From: Rhizaria sp. SCN 62-66
Lineage: Eukaryota
Direction of reading: 5' to 3'
Assembly (NCBI GenBank): GCA_001724265.1
Contig: MEDY01000067.1
Coordinates: forward strand, 62,001 to 124,706
Length of the DNA stretch: 62,706 bases
Of the stretch, positions 50,601-62,112 are shown one piece after another (the stretch's first letter is position 1; each line of letters begins with the position of its first letter). The translations under genes were made by a program, and so were the position numbers. The notes under the pieces were generated by a model. It saw only the letters and a list, made by a program, of their open reading frames with translations, was not told where the DNA came from and made no database searches.

Positions 50601-53600
50601 CAACATCGTACAGGCGCGGCAACGCCGATACGTGCAGTAAACTGCAGTCTGGTGCAACTTGAAAGAATGTCGTGCGCGTTGCGTCAAAATGGACTTTAAC
50701 ATCGCTTGCGTCGATGACGCTTGAAAGCGACGAATGTGTAATTTCTGCCGTCTGCCGCCCGTAACGACCTGCGCTGTCAAGGCGTGTCAGCACTCGGAAA
50801 AACAACTTATTATCTGCAGACACGCTATAGATTACAATCTGTGATTGATAGCCCGTGACTCCAAGGGCTGCAATAGAATGCGAGTCGAGCACTGCCGCAA
50901 GCACAGTCGCCACAGGCGAAACAATGTTTGAGTTAAGGGAAACACGGAAGATGTACTGAGACGTTGTTGCACCCAACGCCTTCATCGGCCCTGTGCTATC
51001 GGTGGCAGCGACAAAGAGGCACTGGTCTGAAAGTTGGCTAAGCGTGTTGATGTTGGACTGAGGGCAGAAAGTCACAGCTGTGGGCAACAAATCCTTTTGT
51101 GTAGTCACCGTCTTACGGAAAAGTAAAGTTGGCGAGCTGTCTGCAATGCTAATAATATCGCACAAGATAACTTTGCTGCTGTCAAGGCTCGGTCCGCACA
51201 AAGCAATGGTTTCGGACATCGAGTCACCTGTAATTGCAGTAACGCGCACATTAGACGCGATGTTTGTCAGAGGACCAAGACTGAGTGTACCATCAGTACT
51301 TATCAAGATTTGACGCAGAGATGACGACAGCGTAACAATGTACAGTGATGCAGATGCAGCAGTCTGCCATTGACTAAAGAAAATTTTAGCGGTATACGGT
51401 TTGTCGTTGGCGCCTGGATATTGAGTCCGCGGTGCCCCATCAATAGGCAAAAGTAGAAAACCGGTGACCGAGAGTCCACCATCGCCAAACCGCTCGACAA
51501 GCACAACACGGTTATTGTTAGTATTAATGGCAATGTGCCTGCCGTCAGCAGCAACAGCAATTGAGCACTGCACAACAGTGCTATCTATTGTAGGCAGCAA
51601 TGTAGCAAATCGTGAAGATGACGAAACCCAATTACCCCACGGGGTGTTGCCGGAGCTGTTTGCTGGATTCTGTTGCACGCCGCTGGCAACAAGAAGGCCG
51701 TGTCTCATCATAGTGTACGTTACTAATGCAACGGGGTCAACCACAGAGCACACGGGCTTGCTATCACTGGGCTTATTTGGCATTATAATGATGCCAGGAT
51801 TGGACGTGACCTGGAAGTCGGCGCCAAACTCCCAGTTGCGCTCCACACCAGGTGAGCCAATGTGCAACGGGTTGTCGATAACGTTAAGTGCAGCGTTAGC
51901 ATAAGCTACGGTTGCAAAGTAGCCCCGTGCAGAAGCAAGCAGGGTGACGTTCATCAAGCGCTCAAGCCCAGAAAACGTGACGTCACTGTACTATGACGCA
52001 ACTGAAGTCGCAGTGATCTCATACATTATGCAAGACGTTTTTAGTGTAGAAGCGCAAGTGCTCCCACGAATCGATGTGTCGCTTCCGTGACTGCAGACAA
52101 GGGTAATTACTGCGGCTGTGCACACGTTGGAAGTTGTCGCTACAGCATTTGAATTACTAAACTCTGTGAAGGTCTCAATTGAAGTCGTACTTGCACCATA
52201 AGCAAGCTCAGGAGGCAAAACAACGATCAAGTAACCAGTTGTGCTCAGCTTAACGCGCATACGCCAACTCAGATTAGTAACACCATCGGAGCCGTGCTGA
52301 TCAATTGGCGTGTCCAAGGCAAGCGAACTCGCGCGGCCTAAGAAATGCACACGAGACAGCACGCCATCCGCTGATGAAACGCGGACAGGAACTACCTTTG
52401 AAGAATACCTTGGCAGTGCAGGTGCAGTAGCAGGAAATGTGGAAGTAAACTTAGCGACATTGCGAACAGTATCGGTCGGAAACTTAATTGTCACGCCGAA
52501 TGTCACAGCCTTACCGTAGATCTCCGGTAAGGGGTTTAAGTACGTGAGCTGGTATGTAAATGTGAAATTGCCGGCGGTCACAAAAGACGCAGGTCCACCA
52601 ATACTTGTGGAAAAGTGCATGTCTAATCCGTACGCAAGACCAAGCACAGGATCAAGTTGCCGCGATACAAATGAGCTGACAAGGGTTGACGCTCCAATTG
52701 TAAGTCCCACTGCGTCACCGGTGTAACTTAGTGTCAGTTTAACGTTATCAGTGATAAAATAAGATGATAACACAACTGTAGACATCATAACACGCACAGT
52801 CGTATTAATTTGGCCACTCTTGTCAATAGGACGCACGCCTTGCCCACGAACAGCAAATGTGACAATCGGCGCACGGTTCGAGGCAGAATGTGAGATGTCT
52901 GACGCCGCCACCTCAAGGTTCACGTACGAGCTCGTTAAAGGCCGCACGGGCGTGCTAGGTAGCACCATAACGCGTGGATCCGTGTACACAAGGAAATAAT
53001 ACGGAGTTGCGGCACTTGCATCAGTAAACATCGATGTTGGCAGAGTTGCGTTTTTCACGAATACATGAATGGTCGTATAAGGCTCAACAACCTTCGTGAT
53101 AGTGTTAAAAGCAATTGTAAAACTGCAACTAGTCCCGGCTGTGGCAGTAGCACCTGCAAACAGCTTAAGCTCACCGGTTAGCACGCTTGCACCACCAGTG
53201 CACTGCGTAATCGAGCCACCAGTAAGTGTGATGACACTGTTCTTGGTTATTGGCACAGGTAATGTCACAGCGATTAGCAAGTGCATTATAGCCGACATCT
53301 GCCCTCCCCGAAATCCAACAGAAGACCCAGTCGGAAGGCCAGCAACCTCGAGCTCGTAGGTACCACGCACAAACGCGTTAACGTAGTCACTGTTGGTTGT
53401 TGTTTGTGTCGTATAGACAATATCATCACCGACATCCTTTGTTACAGGATCAAGAAGGCGCATTGTAACCTGCTTGTTTGGCGCGCAGTAAAGTCCATAG
53501 ATACTCATTACCTCAGTAATTGAAGTGTTAAAAAGGTCAAATGTCATATAAATCAGCGGAGGTCCAGTCGCGGTAACCACAGGATCCAAAGACAACCAAC

Positions 53601-56600
53601 CAGTGGTCGTTCCTGGTAATGATGTCACAAGAGAATTTCGTCCCAATGTTGGAGAATAGATACATGCTGCGCTTATGTCAAGCTCCACAATATTTGGTGC
53701 CAGCTGTGCGTCATAGTTGTAGCTAACTGAGAAGCTCAATTTAGGGACGTAGATGTTATTGACGGGAGCGAAAGGCGTATAGGCCGAAACGATTATGTTC
53801 GTGTCGTACAACACTGAACTACTCGAGACAGTGCCAAAGAACTCAGCTTTCACTCCGTTTGGTGACAGTAGCTGCACGGTGATTGTGCCGGAAGATACGC
53901 GCGAGGGCAATCGCAGCGTAATTTCACCGCCTTGTGTGCTGTCGCAAACTAACGCAGAGGTATAAGTTGAAGAAAGTTCAAAATATCCAGTATTGTAGCC
54001 TCCGGAGACAGGCTGTAGAGACTTGACACCCAATACGGAGTCACGCAGCGTAACATCAACCGCACTATTCGCCGGCATAAAGCTTGACAGAGGCGTTGAG
54101 TGAGTGACACGCACTTTGTCGACACGTTGCATTGTAAACGGCTGCTTGCATTGTGAGGGAAGTACGGCTCCAACATACGTTTTGCTACTTCCAGTACCAC
54201 TGGTCGTCCATGTGCCGACGTCAACCAAAAGCTTGCTCGCAACACTTTTAAGTTTAGCTTGGCCACGCCACAGCGCGCGATCATTGGGAACACTGACGGT
54301 GAGCGTCAGCGCTGGCGACTTAGCGCGATCCGTGTCATACTTGACGCAGGATTTAAGGGTGATTACAGTAGGCAAGGATATGGTGGGAGTGGTTGCAGAT
54401 AGACATGCAGCCGTCAGCATTGAAACAGTGCATGTGAGCCGCTCAACTGGCGCGCTTTCGGTCGCCGAGGAAAACGAGCACTTTGGAAGCGCGCAGGCAG
54501 GACCAATTGCGCCTGAACTTAACCAGGTAACAGAACCTGCGTCGTTTGCGCAGTCAGCTAGTGTGGCATCCGTGTTGGAAAGCTCAAAAGACAAATCAAG
54601 ACTGGTTCCCATCCTTGCTGTTGGCGCAAAGCCAAGACCCGCAGTGATGCTCATCGCAATGCTGTCAGCACTTGGCACGGTCAGGGGGGCAATCGTTAAA
54701 TCCTGAGGAGCTTGAGGCGTCTTAAGCGTAAAGCGAGCAAACTTTTCGCCGCTAATGAAAACGTCAATCCACACGGGCAGCACAGGAAACTGTGTGTGTG
54801 TGGTGGCAATCTGCAGTTTAAGAATGGTGTCGGCAGCAATAGTTGAGCACGCTCCCAGGGACGCAACGTTGGCAGCGACGGTAGCTGTACAGTTTGAGCC
54901 GTCTGTCTTGACAACAGCCACAGCCGTCAACGCAACAGTTCCGCCAGCAAGAAAATGTGGAGACTCTGTTGATAACATTACCTGGAAGCTTGAGCTGGGT
55001 TGAATCAAGATACGTGTGTACGCTAGCGTAGCGTATGACCTAAACACAAAGTTGTTATCAGTGCCAGATACAGTGATGGTTGACGGAGCTTCTAAGGGCC
55101 CAGGGAGACTACCCAAGTATGAGTTTAGAGCTTGTACGCTATTATACGAAATAAGCCTATCGAACGGCTCGTAACCTTCAATTGCTCGCGTCTCTGGAGT
55201 CGTATATCCTGAAATCGACAGGGGAACGCTGCTAGGATTTTTCACCATGTCATAAATGGCAATTGAACTACGCAGAAGTGCGTAAGGGGCAGTTGAGCCA
55301 ACAATGGTGGATACTGAAACATTGAAAAAAGTTGCCCCAGTGGCATTGCCGGTACAAACATTAACAACGCAACTCAGGGAGTTAAATCCAGATTGAGTAA
55401 TCGTAATCGCTGTCGGGTAGACCAAAGTGCTAGGGAGCACGATAATATGCTTGCTTAGCGCCTTAGCTACATTAACAGTGTAGGTCAGTTCAAGTACAAT
55501 ACCAGCAGCACCGGAGCCGGCGGGCTTAACCGAGAGAGACGAGCTTGGTACACCAGCCGAAGGACGCTGCACCGCAAGCGGCAGCCGGCGTACAGGCACA
55601 AGACCAGCAAACTTAATATCCTGTGTTGAGCGCTTGTCCCAGACATGGGTGTAGTCAAATAAAACATCCGTGCGCGTGTACACGGCAGTTGACACAGTGC
55701 CATGAGGCGTCATCGCGCAGCCGCCGTTTAGCGAAAATGGCGTCTGTACATTGCATAGTGCATCCGCTGAAGGCTGCACAGACAGAGATAATGCGCTCCC
55801 AGTTACAGCAACTGCAGACATAGTTGTAAGAGTAGTGTTGTCAAGTGCAGTCATCAAATTTGCCGCCGCGTTAGCTGGAATAAAGCGGCTCTTGGGGAAA
55901 TCAAGCACAAACACGCGCTGGCTGCTACTTGGAAGTTGTACTTTGCCCAGTAACATAGCCATTGAGGTGGTGGTACTGTTATTGACTCCGTCATCAAAGA
56001 CGGTCGATTGGTGCATGCTCAGCAGTGACGGCAGGACAAAGCTGCCTGTCATTCTGCGAGTGTCCTCATCGGAGAACCCGGCGGTCTTGCGCTCTATTGA
56101 GACGGAAAAACATGCGCCGCCAATCCGACTCAGGTAAAGACTGCCTTCACGCAAAACCGTAAGCCCGCTAACTGTAAACATGATGTCACCGTGTGTTATG
56201 GGGCTGTAAGTGCCGTTACACGTAACACCAACACTGTTGGCAACCCCTGTTACTGCTTTTGCGCAGCCAGTGTAGGGTGACGTTCCGCGAAGAGTGGTAA
56301 CGCTGATTGTCGCTGCTGTTGAGCTAAACGAAACAGTGGAGGGCTCCAAAGGGCACGCAGTATAATCATACTCAATGAAAACGGTAATGCTTGTTGTTAG
56401 GGCATAGCGCGGGGAAATTAAAAGCCGAAAGTTATACGTTGATTTTAACGTGTCATGTGACTCAGCGCTAACACCGGCCGGAATGGCGTAGAACAGAGGC
56501 AACAACGGGCCGGAAGTTGGGAACGGGCCGACACGACTTGTTGGAGACAGACCAGGGTTGTACGACCCAACAGTGGCAACAAAGCACATGTACGGGAGCC

Positions 56601-59600
56601 CAGTTGTCCAATAACTTGCATAGGCATCGCGATTAAGATAGGCAGCGTTAGTGCCAAAAAACTGCGAATAGTCTCCAAGAGTATTCCCCGTCGTAATGTT
56701 AAAGTTGTTTGCACTTATCGAGACTGCTCCAACGTTAGGCGAAGGACGGGTCGCGCTAATTGTCACGGAGCTATCGCCAATCATGGCACTGCTGCAAGCA
56801 GAAGAGAAGTTGATAATATATGTTGTTGCCTGAACGTAATCAGGGTGCAGCACTGAAATGGTGACGTACGGCGTAAACCGGATTGACTTATAAAGTGCAA
56901 CGGGGAGATCGCCAGTCACTTCATAACCAAAGTACTCGCCATAATACTCACTGCCTGTTGCGTACCATTGCTGCATCTTTGATTGATAGTTGATGGCATT
57001 GCCGAACGTGTTAATTAAGGCCGTGATAGCACCAGAACCAAAAAGATTGTAGCTGTTGGAAACTGTTCCCTGAATGCCATCGACCACAAATGTGTTGACA
57101 GCGTCCTTACTTGTCAACTGCGTGCATGAGCTTTTGTTCGAGGCAGAGATCATAGTACAGTGCTTCATCATCTCCGCAGATGTTGCTTTTGGTGCAGAAA
57201 TCAAAAATGAACTTGAAGTAATCTCAAAATTGAACGCATCTTGAGGCAATGTGATCATATACAAAACAAACTCCAACGTTTGAGTCACAAGAGTATTTAA
57301 GCCCGTTGCCATGGAAACGCCTGTTACAAAAGCGCGTTGCGTATACCGCGCAGCAATAAAAACTTCTGTTCCAATATTAAAAAAGTCTGTTAAAGGTGCC
57401 ACTGCAGTCTACCCAGCAAAAGAAAACGAAACTGATGCGTGGACATTGCCGGGGACGCACCTGTGGATATCCTCCGCGGTAAACGCAGTCGGGCAGACTA
57501 AGTTCACTGAGAACCAACGATACTCAGGGACTCCCGCATTGCAACGCAGAACAATAGATTTGCCCGAGGTTGTGACTGTCCAGTCGGTTGCCACCTCTGG
57601 CTGAATCTGCCCAGCAGATGGCGCGGTAGACGTTTTTAGCTTTGCGCCAGAAGGTTTGGGGCAGAAGCAGTCGTTGGTATCGGTGAACACAAGCTCGTTG
57701 CTCGATGTGAGAAATTTGGGAAGAATCATGTTAAGCTCATATGTCAACAAGAACAGACTGGCAGCAGCGTTATCATTTGAGAGCGTGCTCAAGGTTGTAT
57801 CAACAAGGCCTACTGAAAACGCTGTCACGTACGAGACGGGCAGAGCGGTAGTTTGTGGGATTGCAGTTAGGACTGTTCCATAGACTGTTGAAACAATTTT
57901 GAAACATGAAGAAAACGCATATGATGTCGCCGCCATAGACGGACTAATTTTAACTCTGAAGGTCGCCACCACGGCTAAGTCAAGAACGGTGAAGTCCATG
58001 TTGAAGTTAAGCGAAGACACTGAGGAACCAGCTGCGTCTTGTAGCTGCAGTGCGGAACACGTGCTAGAGAGTGCGAAAGATTTGCTTGTGCGGCCGGCAA
58101 AGTTGACACCAAAAATATTGATTGGGTCTGACTGGTAATCACTGCTGTAGCGTCCTGTGTAATACGAGCCTGACGTCATTCGCAGAGCTGTTGCAGGTAC
58201 GGGCGTCACGTCGCTGACAAACGTATACATCGGAAGGTCAATAACTGATTGATAGAGATTGACATCACTACTGGCAAGAGAGGGAGGTCCTACTGGGCTT
58301 CCTGAGAGGATGAGTTGTAAGGAAAAACACGATGAGCCAAGAGACTGTGGCCAGTTAACCGATCCTGCTGCCGTGGTCACAGTTACACCAGAGATCACAG
58401 CGTTACATGCGCTGCCCTTCGTACATACAGCAGGTACATTAAAAGTAATCGACGGGCTATTCGCGGAATTTAACGTGAGTGAACCAGATTGCACAATGGC
58501 GCCTGCAAAGTTCACATTGCATCCTGAAGAAGTCAAAATAAGATTGACACCATTACCTCCATTACCACCAATGACTGTGGCAAAGGTAAATGTTAAAGAG
58601 CGAACACGGGTCGTGGCGATGCTTGTCGCGGCCACAGATGTCGTTGTGAGAGTGAACGTTGTCGCCTCGTACGCCAGCTCATACGGCCCGATCTGGGTGT
58701 TGCTAGTTGAAGTAAAAGTATATGATCCAACTGTCATACGGAAGAAACTAGGGCCAAACCCAGCTGGATTATTTGTAGACACTGCGGAGGTTGTGGAAAA
58801 AACATTAGCTCCACTCACGGTAACATAATAGCCAAATGTTGACATAGAACCCATTGAAATCGTCAAGGTCGAAGTGCTTGATATCACAGCCGTCACTGAT
58901 GCGGCCCCGAGTGAGGATGAGCAACTAAGCGGCACTCCGGACGCAATTGAAGGTCCTGTCGTTAAGAAAGACATAGACGATAGACCGGCCTGAGAAGATA
59001 GAGGCAAAATGATGATGGTGATACTGTCCAGGAAATTGATTCCGAGATTTTCATAACCTGTGCTGTAGATATAGTAGGCCAGCTTAACCTCACTCAAATC
59101 GTTCATAACAATTACCATGACTGGGTCTGATACATACGATAAAGCGACGGAAATCATGGATGTCGAAGGACTCTGTAGAAGTCCAGAGGGCTCATGAATG
59201 TTCTTTAGAACAAAAGTAGCGAGGCCGTTTATACCAGCAGTAACAACACGTGCTGCCATTGCATCACACGAAAATTCACCTTGACCGGCGACAGTGCACT
59301 TGGTGCCCGTTCCTGCCTCCGTCGTGGAGTCAGAACCGTAGGAGAGTCGAGAGTCCTGTAGCTTAAAAACAAGATTGAATGGTGAGCCCGGAAGGAGAAC
59401 GACGTGCATGTAGATTGTAATAGTCACGAGCGTCGGTGTTGCCATCACAGAAGCAGGATTGATGACATTATTGACAAGAGTGCGTGAGCTTAAAACAGAA
59501 CCAAAAAACACGCCAAACTTTGGTTTCAGCTGCACATTGTCAAAGGGCTTAAGGATTTCCTCTGAGCCGTCAGAACGGACGAAAGAAAGCCGAAGATTTG

Positions 59601-62112
59601 CTATCTGTGACTCTGTAAAACATGTGTCCATCTGCGACTCAGTAAATCCAAATGTGCAAGTGACAATAATCCTGGACCACGTCAGCTTTGACATCACAGG
59701 TAAGCAGGTAAACTATAGCTTTGTCGAGGAAGCCGATGAAAATGAACAGGTCAAGCTTGTAGTGTAGGGCGCTGCCCCGGGCGTTTCAAATCCGTACTGT
59801 GCACTCGGACACAGGCAGCTATCTGCAGTTGAGAGGGCGAATGTACCACCAACCTGACTGGCGAGACTTGGCATAACAGAAATCTCGCGAGTAACCGTGT
59901 ACGAATAAGATGTGGCCGGGCTAGCCGTTGCATTAGGCAGGGCATTGGTGATGTGATAGTTCATCGCGCTCGGCGCTACGTTGGGGGATAGAGACATTGC
60001 TTCGCTCGCTGGATACATTGTGTAGCCACTGCTGGTAATAAGGAAGCAACTGAGAGGAACAGGCATCAAAGCATTTCCTGGGCGGACGTATAAAGTGATT
60101 GCAGGAAATTGGAACATTGTTATTGTGGGGATTGTAAAACTTTTTGTTGTAAGCCGTTCGCTGTAGCCAAGTTGTCCAAAGGTGTAGATACCAGCACATG
60201 AGCCTGTAATGGTGATGGTTATCGCACCAGCCACGGGCAGCGCCTCAGTGAGGCGCATACCACGGAATTGAATATCGCTTGACCAGACACGGTCAAAACG
60301 GTTCTCAAAATCATCTGATGCCACGAGCTGGTTTTGCCCAGCATACGAGGTAGGATTATAGTCGTATCCGAACGCTGGAGTACTATGTGCGACAAGGTTG
60401 AGATTGTAAGAAGTGTAAACATTTGCGCTTACAACTGTTACGGTGCCACTTTTCTCAGTGAAGTATACGCATCCGTAAGACACAGCATACTAAAGGTCTG
60501 ATGTGGATGAAGCAGTGACTATTACACCTTCAATTAACATATCATAATAATAGCCTGCTGTCGTCGCTCCTAACGAAAACTGGTAAGACGTGCTAGAATA
60601 TGAAACTCGCGAGATCCCAAATGCATTGCTGAAAGACAACGTGGTTCCACAGCTACCTGTTGAAGTAACCAGAACATTTGTGTTTGCTCGTGTTGCAGAA
60701 ACGTAAACACCAATCATGAGCGAAATGATACGAGTACGAGAAGATATACTTTTGACAATACAATCATAGACACTCCAATACACTCCAAACATATACTGTT
60801 CTGGATAAGTGGTATCACATGGATCTATCTGTTCGTAAATAAGCGTCTGAAAATCACTCCTCTGTTCAGCAGTCGTGTGCGTGTGATTGTGACTACCAGT
60901 ATTGCTGCTTACTGGAGCAAGGTTCTCGAGCTCCCCAGCAACTGATTCAATTGCGCAAATGGGTGTCTACGCAATCAACGGCTTCATAGTTTGGCGGCGC
61001 ATAAGATTCAAGCCAACACCAGTGCCAATGCGCAAACCTGAGCGAGAAGGGAGCAGCGCCTGCGTTTTCATGTCACTAGTTCTCGCTGACTAACTCGTGA
61101 CTTCAACTGCTGCATTCGGCTCGCCGCTGCTTTGATGTGAGGGATCAAGTACGGTTACCGTTCGTGACCAGCCATTAAAAGCTAACCGAAGACTCCTAGC
61201 AAGACTGCGATCACGGACATTCTCAGGGGGGTTCGAGACAATAACAGGAGAAATGTAAAAACTGAGTTTGCCTGCAGGGAGACCGATGCAGCGTAGCTCG
61301 ATACTGCGTGCACCAGGAATGCGGTTAGTCGCGCATCGCGTCCTTGCAAGGGCCTCGTTGTCACCGCTGTCAGTGATCAGCACCTTCGTCGCGGCCATGT
61401 CGTAGGTCAGCCGGCCGTTGCCGGGGAGCGTAACCGAGAGCACAGTGAGGCCCTCAGTGCGCATTGTCATGAGGCCACTCAAATCAAGCGCAGCGATGGT
61501 GTTGCCAATAACGCTCGCGCTCTCAGCAGGGCCGTCAGACGCGTTGTCATCGTGAAGCAGAGTGGCAGTGGGCTCAGTCAGCGGGGGCACAAGCAGCAGC
61601 GCGTCGGCAACCGAGGCGGTGGCGGGGGTCGCAGCGCCGTTGGCCGTGAGCCTGAGACATTCAGACAGCACGCTCGTCGGTTGCCTAAAGCCCCCAAAGG
61701 CGGTGAGATAAATGCGGACATCAGAAACTGTGAAGGCGGCCGTAGCGGTGCGAAGGCAGCGGACAGTATTAGGCGTTGTAAAGTCGACAATGCAGCCCTT
61801 GGAGGGGGACGTGAGCGAAATGGCGGTCAGGTTGAGCTGCTACAAAGATGGACAGGACCAATCAAGGGTCAGCGCAGTGTCGACAGTCGCGTCAAGGCCA
61901 AAAACATCGACTCCAAGCGCCACGGACGTGTAACCGAGAGTCGGATAGCAGACTGTGGAGGAGGAGGTGAGTGTGGCATTAAACGTCAGAACACCTCTAG
62001 CGACAGAAGCCGTTGCGAAAGAAGAGCCTGTTACACCAGTAGTCTGACCTAAGATAGCCATCGTAAGCCATAAAACAACGGCCCATAGAGACATGAGCCA
62101 ATATCGGATCAT
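35623..62112 (-). CDS. Giant intronless cell-surface polytopic membrane protein, 8829 aa, with 7 in-frame TAG codons
   Basis: ORFs 61840..62280, 61090..61671, 60490..60792, 59713..60483, 57409..59697, 51991..57402 and 35623..51957 are all in one frame. Every gap was read codon by codon; the only interruptions are TAG at 61840, 61090, 60967, 60490, 59713, 57409, 51991 (lowest coordinate of each codon). ATG 62112 gives a signal peptide MIRYWLMSLWAVVLWLTMAILG. Final stop TAA 35623-35625. Confidence 0.85.
36185..39705 (-). other. Multi-pass membrane region (about 9 TM) of the giant protein, split by a loop of about 800 aa
   Basis: Three hydrophobic helices at about 39700-39325, a long polar loop, then six more with HPNITRQFFMVLSC and FLYRGYKPTRYYWFLLEMFRK, motifs typical of protist Cys-rich polytopic surface proteins. 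Confidence 0.75.
40420..42357 (-). other. Ca-binding EGF, IPT/TIG-like and Cys-rich (ephrin-receptor-like/GCC2-GCC3) repeats of the giant protein
   Basis: DINECD...CVNTFGSYIC (about 42357-42247); PEVTSVYGC...GGDVRLAVTGTGF and PTISGIRGC...GGNTIELTGHNFG (IPT/TIG); CSPGQY, CETGYF, CSPGLYS, CPAGHYS, CPRGTFS, CPPGTFA repeats. Confidence 0.8.
42361..44088 (-). repeat. Eight tandem sushi/CCP domains within the giant protein
   Basis: Eight units of C...(A/I)xYxC.xG(Y/F/H)...C...W...PxC, e.g. ATYECLPGHTLGSGSLTLTCRADRTWSGTPPVC and ATYNCKPGFSV...RTCSSTRQWTPAEPTC. Confidence 0.85.

Noticed and set aside
1126-61842. Programmed readthrough motif, A-to-I editing (UAG to Trp) or pyrrolysine as the explanation for the TAGs
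   Set aside because: There is no shared CARYYA-type downstream motif, and seven serial low-efficiency readthroughs would give almost no full-length product. Trp fits the polar contexts poorly, and pyrrolysine is not known in eukaryotes. Editing still needs RNA-seq to exclude formally.
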